A stretch of DNA of 7,368 nt from the IMG/VR virus record IMGVR_UViG_2537561685_000009, one strand, 5' to 3'. The notes under the pieces were generated by a model. It was given only the letters and a program-made list of their open reading frames with translations. It did no database searches and was not told where the DNA came from. The position numbers were made by a program, and so were the translations under genes. This stretch comes from a virus (lineage: Duplodnaviria > Heunggongvirae > Uroviricota > Caudoviricetes). Each line of letters opens with the position of its first letter. The stretch's first letter is position 1. Below, piece by piece: positions 1 through 6,986 of the stretch.

Positions 1-1
1 C

Positions 2-82
2 CGGATTTCGCCGGATGATGGCGGAAGCTGTCATCTCTGGCTTGGGCGGGGCGTACCGCCTGCCGTTAACCGTCGCCGCTGA
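2..82 (+). CDS. FII: 3' end of head-tail joining protein FII-like gene (partial, 5' truncated by window edge)
   Basis: Reading frame starting at position 2 translates to RISPDDGGSCHLWLGRGVPPAVNRRR and stops at TGA 80-82. This matches my recollection of the lambda gpFII C-terminus. It lies 11 nt upstream of the Z start, as expected for FII-Z synteny. Confidence 0.65.
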   Translation, partial: RISPDDGGSCHLWLGRGVPPAVNRRR

Positions 83-93
83 AAGGGGGATGT

Positions 94-672
94 ATGGCCA
101 TAAAAGGTCTTGAGCAGGCCGTTGAAAACCTCAGCCGTATCAGCAGAACGGCGGTGCCCGGTGCCGCCGCAATGGCCATTAACCGCGTTGCTTCATCCGC
201 GATATCGCAGTCGGTGGCACAGGTTGCCCGTGAGACAAAGGTACGCCGGAAACTGGTAAAGGAAAGGGCCAGGCTGAAAAGGGCCACGGTCAAAAATCCG
301 CAGGCCAGAATCAGGGTTAACCGGGGGGATTTGCCCGTAATCAAGCTGGGTAACGCGCGGGTTGTCCTTTCGCGCCGCAGGCGTCGTAAAAAGGGGCAGC
401 GTTCATCCCTGAAAGGTGGCGGCAGCGTGCTTGTGGTGGGAAACCGTCGTATTCCCGGCGCGTTTATTCAGCAACTGAAAAATGGCCGGTGGCATGTCAT
501 GCAGCGTGTGGCCGGGAAAAACCGTTACCCCATTGATGTGGTGAAAATCCCGATGGCGGTGCCGCTTACCACGGCGTTTAAACAGAATATTGAACGGATA
601 CGGCGTGAATGTCTTCCGAAAGAGCTGGGCTATGCGCTGCAGCATCAACTGAGAATGGTAATAAAGCGATGA
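94..672 (+). CDS. Z: Minor tail protein Z (tail completion protein)
   Basis: Intact 192-aa ORF (MAIKGLEQAVENLSRIS...HQLRMVIKR), near-identical in length and sequence to lambda gpZ as recalled. Purine-rich RBS (AGGGGGA) a few nt upstream of ATG 94. Stop TGA 670-672 overlaps the U start (ATGA). Confidence 0.9.
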   Translation: MAIKGLEQAVENLSRISRTAVPGAAAMAINRVASSAISQSVAQVARETKVRRKLVKERARLKRATVKNPQARIRVNRGDLPVIKLGNARVVLSRRRRRKKGQRSSLKGGGSVLVVGNRRIPGAFIQQLKNGRWHVMQRVAGKNRYPIDVVKIPMAVPLTTAFKQNIERIRRECLPKELGYALQHQLRMVIKR

Positions 673-1064
673 AACATACTGAACTCCGTGCAGCCGTACT
701 GGATGCACTGGAGAAGCATGACACCGGGGCGACGCTTTTTGATGGTCGCCCCGCTGTTTTTGATGAGGCGGATTTTCCGGCAATTGCCGTTTATCTCACC
801 GGCGCTGAATACACGGGCGAAGAGCTGGACAGTGATACCTGGCAGGCGGAGCTGCATATTGAAGTTTTCCTGCCTGCTCAGGTGCCGGATTCAGAGCTGG
901 ATTCGTGGATGGAGTCCCGGATTTATCCGGTGATGAGCGATGTCCCGGCACTGTCAGATTTGATCACCAGTATGGTGGCCAGCGGCTATGACTACCGGCG
1001 CGACGATGATGCGGGCCTGTGGAGTTCAGCCGATCTGACTTATGTCATTACCTATGAAATGTGA
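669..1064 (+). CDS. U: Tail tube terminator protein U
   Basis: 131-aa ORF starting at ATG 669 ([18 protein letters not shown]...LTYVITYEM), matching lambda gpU with a few substitutions. The track ORF 609..1064 is an upstream in-frame extension; the real start is the ATG overlapping the Z stop. Confidence 0.9.
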   Translation: MKHTELRAAVLDALEKHDTGATLFDGRPAVFDEADFPAIAVYLTGAEYTGEELDSDTWQAELHIEVFLPAQVPDSELDSWMESRIYPVMSDVPALSDLITSMVASGYDYRRDDDAGLWSSADLTYVITYEM

Positions 1065-1071
1065 GGACGCT

Positions 1072-1799
1072 ATGCCTGTACCAAATCCTGTAATGCCGGT
1101 GAAAGGTGCCGGGACCACCCTGTGGGTTTATAAGGGAAGCGGTGACCCTTATGCGAATCCGCTTTCAGACGTTGACTGGTCGCGTCTGGCAAAAGTTAAA
1201 GACCTGACGCCCGGCGAACTGACCGCTGAGTCCTATGACGACAGCTATCTCGATGATGAAGATGCAGACTGGACTGCGACCGGGCAGGGGCAGAAATCTG
1301 CCGGAGATACCAGCTTCACGCTGGCGTGGATGCCCGGAGAGCAGGGGCAGCAGGCGCTGCTGGCGTGGTTTAATGAAGGCGATACCCGTGCCTATAAAAT
1401 CCGCTTCCCGAACGGCACGGTCGATGTGTTCCGGGCTGGGTCAGCAGTATCGGTAAGGCGGTGACGGCGAAGGAAGTGATCACCCGACGGTGAAGTCACC
1501 AAGTGGGCGTCCGTCATGGCAGAAGATCGCAGACGGTACGCGGCAACCGGATGACGTGACGCCTGCCAGCCTCGGTGGTGAAAGGGCAGAGCACCACGCT
1601 GACCGTGGCATTCCAGCCGGAGGGTGCAACTGACAAGAGCTTCCGTGCGGTGTCAGCGGATAAAACAAAAGCCACCGTGTCGGTCAGTGGTATGACCATC
1701 ACCGTGAATGGCGTTGCTGCAGGTAAGGTCAACATTCCGGTCGTATCCGGTAATGGTGAGTTTGCTGCGGTTGCAGAAATCACCGTCACCGCCAGTTAA
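1072..1799 (+). pseudogene. V: Major tail tube protein V, reading frame disrupted between about 1430 and 1575
   Basis: ATG 1072 ([31 protein letters not shown]...) is preceded by a GAGGA RBS. The N-terminal frame matches lambda gpV up to ...GTVDVFR, then ends at TGA 1462-1464. The continuation [17 protein letters not shown] is encoded in another frame (1434-1484), followed by short frame-hopping pieces (TVK, GRPS, MAEDR). The C-terminal Ig-like portion ([16 protein letters not shown]...AEITVTAS) is intact in the frame of ORF 1575..1799. The span 1072..1799 is 728 nt, not a multiple of 3. Confidence 0.8.
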
Positions 1800-1814
1800 T
1801 CCGGAGAGTCAGCG

Positions 1815-2237
1815 ATGTTCCTGAAAACCGAATCATTTGAACATAACGGTGTGACCGTCACGCTTTCTGAACTGTCAGCCCTGCAGCGTATTGAGCATCT
1901 CGCCCTGATGAAACGGCAGGCAGAACAGGCGGAGTCAGACAGCAACCGGAAGTTTACTGTGGAAGACGCCATCAGAACCGGCGCGTTTCTGGTGGCGATG
2001 TCCCTGTGGCATAACCATCCGCAGAAGACGCAGATGCCGTCCATGAATGAAGCCGTTAAACAGATTGAGCAGGAAGTGCTTACCACCTGGCCCACGGAGG
2101 CAATTTCTCATGCTGAAAACGTGGTGTACCGGCTGTCTGGTATGTATGAGTTTGTGGTGAATAATGCCCCTGAACAGGCAGATGACGCCGGGCCAGCAGA
2201 GCCTGTTTCTGCGGGAAAGTGTTCGACGGTGAGCTGA
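1815..2237 (+). CDS. G: Tail assembly chaperone G
   Basis: Intact 140-aa ORF (MFLKTESFEHNGVTVTLSEL...PVSAGKCSTVS), lambda gpG-like. GGAGAG RBS upstream of ATG 1815. Stop TGA 2235-2237. Confidence 0.9.
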   Translation: MFLKTESFEHNGVTVTLSELSALQRIEHLALMKRQAEQAESDSNRKFTVEDAIRTGAFLVAMSLWHNHPQKTQMPSMNEAVKQIEQEVLTTWPTEAISHAENVVYRLSGMYEFVVNNAPEQADDAGPAEPVSAGKCSTVS

Positions 2238-2653
2238 GTTTTGCCCTGAAACTGGCGCGTGAGATGGGGCGACCCGACTGGCGTGCCATGCTTGCCGGGA
2301 TGTCATCCACGGAGTATGCCGACTGGCACCGCTTTTACAGTACCCATTATTTTCATGATGTTCTGCTGGATATGCACTTTTCCGGGCTGACGTACACCGT
2401 ACTCAGCCTGTTTTTCAGCGATCCGGATATGCATCCGCTGGATTTCAGTCTGCTGAACCGGCGCGAGGCTGACGAAGAGCCTGAAGATGATGTGCTGATG
2501 CAGAAAGCGGCAGGGCTTGCCGGAGGCGTCCGCTTTGGCCCGGACGGGAATGAAGTTATCCCCGCTTCCCCGGATGTGGCGGACATGACGGAGGATGACG
2601 TAATGCTGATGACAGTATCAGAAGGGATCGCAGGAGGAGTCCGGTATGGCTGA
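1815..2653 (+). CDS. G-T: Tail assembly chaperone G-T fusion produced by programmed -1 ribosomal frameshift
   Basis: Slippery heptamer G GGA AAG at 2213-2219 lies near the 3' end of G. The -1 frame continues open from 2219 to TGA 2651-2653 and encodes the gpT-like sequence (FDGELSFALKLAREMGRPDWRAMLAGMSS...GIAGGVRYG). There is no independent strong start for T. This is the well-known lambda G/GT recoding arrangement. Confidence 0.8.
2213..2219 (+). promoter_or_regulatory. Programmed -1 ribosomal frameshift slippery site (GGGAAAG) for G-T synthesis
   Basis: Exact XXXYYYZ heptamer GGGAAAG positioned so that zero-frame codons are GGA AAG, 6 codons before the G stop, with the T frame open in -1. 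Confidence 0.8.
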
Positions 2654-5221
2654 ACCGGTAGGCGATCTGGTCGTTGATTTGAGTCTGGATGCGGCCAGAT
2701 TTGACGAGCAGATGGCCAGAGTCAGGCGTCATTTTTCCGATACGGAAAGTGATGCGAAAAAAACAGCGGCAGTCGTTGAACAGTCAATGAACCGGCAGGC
2801 GCTGGCTGCACAGAAAGCGGGAGTTTCCGTCGGGCAGTATAAAGCCGCCATGCGTATGCTGCCTGCACAGTTCACCGACGTGGCCACGCAGCTTGCAGGC
2901 GGGCAAAGTCCGTGGCTGATCCTGCTGCAACAGGGGGGTCAGGTTAAGGACTCCTTCGGCGGGATGATCCCCATGTTCAGGGGGCTTGCCGGTGCGATCA
3001 CCCTGCCGATGGTGGGGGCCACCTCGCTGGCGGTGGCGACCGGTGCGCTGGCGTATGCCTGGTATCAGGGCAACTCAACCCTGTCCGATTTCAACAAAAC
3101 GCTGGTCCTTTCCGGCAATCAGGCGGGACTGACGGCAGATCGTATGCTGGTCCTGTCCAGAGCCGGGCAGGCGGCAGGGCTGACGTTTAACCAGACCAGC
3201 GAGTCACTCAGCGCACTGGTTAAGGCGGGGGTAAGCGGTGAGGCTCAGATTGCGTCCATCAGCCAGAGTGTGGCGCGTTTCTCCTCTGCATCCGGCGTGG
3301 AGGTGGACAAGGTCGCTGAAGCCTTCGGGAAGCTGACCACGACCCGACGTCGGGCTGACGCGATGGCACGCAGTTCCATAACGTGACGGCGGAGCAGATT
3401 GCGTATGTTGCTCAGTTGCAGCGTTCCGGCGATGAAGCCGGGGCATTGCAGGCGGCGAACGAGGCCGCAACGAAAGGGTTTGATGACCAGACCCGCCGCC
3501 TGAAAGAGAACATGGGCACGCTGGAAACCTGGGCAGACAGGACAGCACGGGCATTCAAATCCATGTGGGATTCGGTGCTGGATATTGGTCGCCCGGACAC
3601 TGCCCAGGGAATGCTGGAGAAAGCAGAAAAGGCTTTTGATGAGGCGGACAAAAAATGGCAGTGGTATCAGAGCCGGAGCCACCGGCGCGGTAAAACCTCA
3701 GCATTTCGTGCCAATCTCCGGGGAGCATGGGAGGACAGAGCGAATGCGCAACTTGGACTTTCAGCCGCCACGTTGCAGGCCGATCTTGAAAAGGCCAGAG
3801 AGATGGCAGCAAAGGACTGGGCCGAGTCTGAGGCATCACGGCTGAAATATACCGAAGAGGCGCAGAAGGCTTACGAACGGCTGCAGACGCCGCTGGAGAA
3901 ATATACCGCCCGTCAGGAAGAACTGAACAAGGCACTGAAAGACGGGAGAATCCTGCAGGCAGATTACAACACGCTGATGGCGGCGGCGAAAAAGGATTAT
4001 GAAGCGACGCTGAAAAAGCCGAAACAGTCCGGCGTGAAAGTGTCTGCGGGCGATCGTCAGGAAGACAGTGCTCATGCTGCCCTGCTGACGCTTCAGGCAG
4101 AACTCCGGACGCTGGAGAAGCATGCCGGAGCGAATGAGAAAATCAGCCAGCAGCGCCGGGATTTGTGGAAGGCTGAAAATCAGTTCGCGGTACTGGAGGA
4201 GGCGGCACAACGTCGCCAGCTATCCGCACAGGAGAAATCCCTGCTGGCGCATAAAGATGAGACGCTGGAGTACAAACGCCAGCTGGCTGCACTTGGCGAC
4301 AAGGTTACGTATCAGGAGCGCCTGAACGCGCTGGCGCAGCAGGCGGATAAATTCGCACAGCAGCAACGGGCAAAACGGGCCGCCATTGATGCGAAAAGCC
4401 GGGGGCTGACTGACCGGCAGGCAGAACGGGAAGCCACGGAACAGCGCCTGAAGGAACAGTATGGCGATAATCCGCTGGCGCTGAATAACGTCATGTCAGA
4501 GCAGAAAAAGACCTGGGCGGCTGAAGACCAGCTTCGCGGGAACTGGATGGCAGGCCTGAAGTCCGGCTGGAGTGAGTGGGAAGAGAGCGCCACGGACAGT
4601 ATGTCGCAGGTTAAAAGTGCAGCCGCGCAGACCTTTGATGGTATTGCGCAGAATATGGCGGCGATGCTGACCGGCAGTGAGCAGAACTGGCGCAGCTTCA
4701 CCCGTTCCGTGCTGTCCATGATGACAGAAATTCTGCTTAAGCAGGCAATGGTGGGGATTGTCGGGAGTATCGGCAGCGCCATTGGCGGTGCTGTTGGTGG
4801 TGGAGCATCCGCGTCAGGCGGTACAGCCATTCAGGCCGCTGCGGCGAAATTCCATTTTGCAACCGGAGGATTTACGGGAACCGGCGGCAAATATGAGCCA
4901 GCGGGGATTGTTCACCGTGGTGAATTTGTCTTCACGAAGGAGGCAACCAGCCGGATTGGCGTCGGCAACCTGTACCGCCTGATGCGCGGCTATGCCACCG
5001 GCGGTTATGTCGGTACACCGGGCAGCATGGCAGACAGCCGGTCGCAGGCGTCCGGGACGTTTGAGCAGAATAACCATGTGGTGATTAACAACGACGGCAC
5101 GAACGGGCAGATAGGTCCGGCTGCTCTGAAGGCGGTGTATGACATGGCCCGCAAGGGTGCCCGTGATGAAATTCAGACACAGATGCGTGATGGTGGCCTG
5201 TTCTCCGGAGGTGGACGATGA
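2646..5221 (+). pseudogene. H: Tail tape measure protein H, frameshifted near 3341-3385 into a 246-aa N-terminal ORF and a 612-aa C-terminal ORF
   Basis: ATG 2646 overlaps the end of G-T (ATGGCTGA). The N-terminal ORF (MAEPVGDLVVDLSLDAARFDEQMARV...EAFGKLTT) runs to TGA 3384-3386. The continuation (SAEQIAYVAQLQRSGDEAGALQAANEAATKGF...) is in a different frame from 3383 and runs to TGA 5219-5221, with a long Ala/Gln/Glu-rich helical middle and a Gly-rich hydrophobic segment typical of tape measure proteins. DPTSG and MAR fragments are visible in alternating frames inside 3341-3373. Confidence 0.8.
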
Positions 5222-5547
5222 AGACCTTCCGCTGGAAAGTGAAACCCGGTATGGATGTGGCTTCGGTCCCTTCTGTAAGAAAGGTGCGCTTTGGTGATGG
5301 CTATTCCCAGCGAGCGCCTGCCGGGCTGAATGCCAACCTGAAAACGTACAGCGTGACGCTTTCTGTCCCCCGTGAGGAGGCCACGGTACTGGAGTCGTTT
5401 CTGGAAGAGCACGGGGGCTGGAAATCCTTTCTGTGGACGCCGCCTTATGAGTGGCGGCAGATAAAGGTGACCTGCGCAAAATGGTCGTCGCGGGTCAGTA
5501 TGCTGCGTGTTGAGTTCAGCGCAGAGTTTGAACAGGTGGTGAACTGA
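5218..5547 (+). CDS. M: Minor tail protein M (tail tip assembly)
   Basis: Intact 109-aa ORF (MKTFRWKVKPGMDVASVPSVRKVRFGDGYSQRAPAGLNANLKTYSVTLSVP...), lambda gpM-like. ATG 5218 overlaps the H stop (ATGA). Stop TGA 5545-5547 overlaps the L start (TGATG). Confidence 0.9.
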   Translation: MKTFRWKVKPGMDVASVPSVRKVRFGDGYSQRAPAGLNANLKTYSVTLSVPREEATVLESFLEEHGGWKSFLWTPPYEWRQIKVTCAKWSSRVSMLRVEFSAEFEQVVN

Positions 5548-6244
5548 TGCAGGATATCCGGCAGGAAACACTGAATGAATGCACCCGTGCGGAGCAGTCG
5601 GCCAGCGTGGTGCTCTGGGAAATCGACCTGACAGAGGTCGGTGGAGAACGTTATTTTTTCTGTAATGAGCAGAACGAAAAAGGTGAGCCGGTCACCTGGC
5701 AGGGGCGACAGTATCAGCCGTATCCCATTCAGGGGAGCGGTTTTGAACTGAATGGCAAAGGCACCAGTACGCGCCCCACGCTGACGGTTTCTAACCTGTA
5801 CGGCATGATCACCGGGATGGCGGAAGATCTGCAGAGTCTGGTCGGCGGAACGGTGGTCCGGCGTAAGGTTTACGCCCGCTTTCTGGATGCGGTGAACTTC
5901 GTCAACGGAAACAGCGAAGCCGATCCGGAGCAGGAGGTGATCAGCCGCTGGCGCATCGAGCAGTGCAGCGAACTGAGCGCGGTCAGTGCCTCTTTTGTAC
6001 TGTCCACGCCGACTGAAACGGATGGCGCTGTTTTTCCGGGACGTATCATGCTGGCCAACACCTGCACCTGGACCTATCGCGGTGATGAGTGCGGTTATAG
6101 CGGTCCGGCGTCGCGGATGAATATGACCAGCCGACGTCCGATATCACGAAGGATAAATGCAGCAAATGCCTGAGCGGCTGTAAGTTTCGCAATAACGTCG
6201 GCAACTTTGGCGGCTTCCTTTCCATTAACAAACTTTCGCAGTAA
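5547..6244 (+). pseudogene. L: Tail tip protein L, frameshifted near 6100 so the written ORF ends early at 6173
   Basis: ORF 5547..6173 (MQDIRQETLNECTRAEQSASVVLWEIDL...TWTYRGDECGYSGPA) matches lambda gpL and then diverges into SRMNMTSRRPISRRINAANA*. The expected C-terminus (DEYDQPTSDITKDKCSKCLSGCKFRNNVGNFGGFLSINKLSQ*) is encoded in the +1 frame from about 6103 to TAA 6242-6244. The span 5547..6244 is 698 nt, one short of a multiple of 3. Confidence 0.8.
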
Positions 6245-6248
6245 TCCC

Positions 6249-6986
6249 ATGACAGAGACAGAATCAGCGATTCTGGCGCACGCCCGGCGATGTGCGCCAG
6301 CGGAGTCGTGCGGCTTCGTGGTGAGAACGCCGGAGGAGGAAAGATATTTTCCCTGCGTGAATATCTCCGGTGAGCCGGAGGCGTATTTCCGGATGTCGCC
6401 GGAGGACTGGCTGCAGGCAGAATGCAGGGTGAGATTGTGGCGCTGGTCCACAGCCACCCCGGTGGTCTGCCCTGGCTGAGTGAGGCTGACCGGCGGCTGC
6501 AGGTGCAGAGTGATTTGCCGTGGTGGCTGGTCTGCCGGGGGCGATTCATAATTCCGCTGTGTGCCGCATCTCACCGGGCGGCGCTTTGAGCACGGGGTGA
6601 CGGACTGTTACACGCTGTTCCGGGAGCTTACATCTGGCGGGATTGAGATGCCGGATTTTCATCGCGGGGATGACTGGTGGCGTCACGGTCAGAATCTCTA
6701 TCTGGATAATCTGGAGGCCACAGGGTTTTACCGTGTCGCACTGACAGAGGCACAACCTGGCGATGTGCTGCTGTGCTGCTTTGGTTCATCGGTGCCGAAT
6801 CATGCCGCCATTTACTGCGGCGACGGTGAGCTGCTGCACCATATTCCTGAACAACTGAGTAAACGAGAGAGGTATACCGACAAATGGCAGCGACGCACAC
6901 ACTCCCTCTGGCGTCACCGGGAATGGCACGCATCTGCCTTTACGGGGATTTGCAACGATTTGGCCGCCGCATCGACCTTCGTGTGA
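6249..6986 (+). pseudogene. K: Tail tip assembly protein K (MPN/JAMM plus NlpC/P60-like), frameshifted at about 6421 and again at about 6540-6556
   Basis: ATG 6249 (MTETESAILAHARRCAPAESCGFVV...FRMSPEDWLQAE) is followed by a frame break. The conserved MQGEIVALVHSHPGGLPWLSEADRRLQVQSDLPWWLVCRG, which contains the JAMM-type HxH-x7-S-x2-D motif, is encoded in another frame from 6422. Frame 0 resumes at 6561 (PHLTGRRFEHGVTDCYTLF...NHAAIYCGDGELLHHIPEQLSKRERYTDKWQRRTHSLWRH...STFV*) to TGA 6984-6986. An alternative shorter start at ATG 6393 (MSPEDW) corresponds to the shorter lambda annotation as I recall it. Confidence 0.7.

Noticed and set aside
66-857. Minus-strand ORFs 66..344, 403..783, 645..857 and + strand alternative-frame ORF 688..933
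   Set aside because: They overlap the clearly identified Z and U genes in other frames or strands, with no independent support.
609-1071. Upstream-extended starts for U (609) and V (1042) given in the ORF track
   Set aside because: The extensions overlap the preceding gene and lack an RBS. The conserved N-termini (MKHTEL at 669, MPVPNP at 1072) with stop-start coupling and an RBS are the real starts.
1480-1789. Minus-strand ORFs 1480..1668 and 1514..1789 and + ORF 1235..1456 as possible small genes in the V region
   Set aside because: They sit within V or its disrupted segment. The + strand content here is explained by V fragments in shifted frames.
1796-2586. Minus-strand ORFs 1796..2095, 1935..2306, 2080..2310, 2353..2586 opposite G/T
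   Set aside because: Antisense to the intact G and T coding sequences, with no start signals and no recognisable protein character.
3600-4500. Possible tandem DNA repeats in the Ala/Gln/Glu-rich middle of H
   Set aside because: The protein is compositionally repetitive (coiled-coil-like), but I could not identify exact nucleotide-level tandem repeat units by eye. Not reported as a repeat feature.
3585-4982. Plus-strand alternative-frame ORFs inside H (3585..3845, 4122..4325, 4758..4982)
   Set aside because: Out-of-frame overlaps within the tape measure gene, with Arg-rich translations typical of frame-shifted reading of GC-rich coding DNA.
3204-5571. Long minus-strand ORFs (e.g. 3245..3682, 3555..3935, 3836..4210, 4312..4830, 4814..5479, 5173..5571) that could be antisense genes
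   Set aside because: All lie entirely inside the H/M coding region on the opposite strand. A GC-rich, Ala/Gln/Arg-rich sense gene routinely gives long stop-free antisense frames. Their translations are low-complexity (Pro/Arg/Ser/Cys-rich) and they have no obvious start context.
5870-6933. Minus-strand ORFs 5870..6067, 6046..6549, 6095..6574, 6546..6755, 6628..6933 across L, K and I
   Set aside because: Antisense to well-supported tail tip genes, mutually overlapping, with Pro/Arg/Ser-rich translations that have no recognisable domain character. Treated as spurious.
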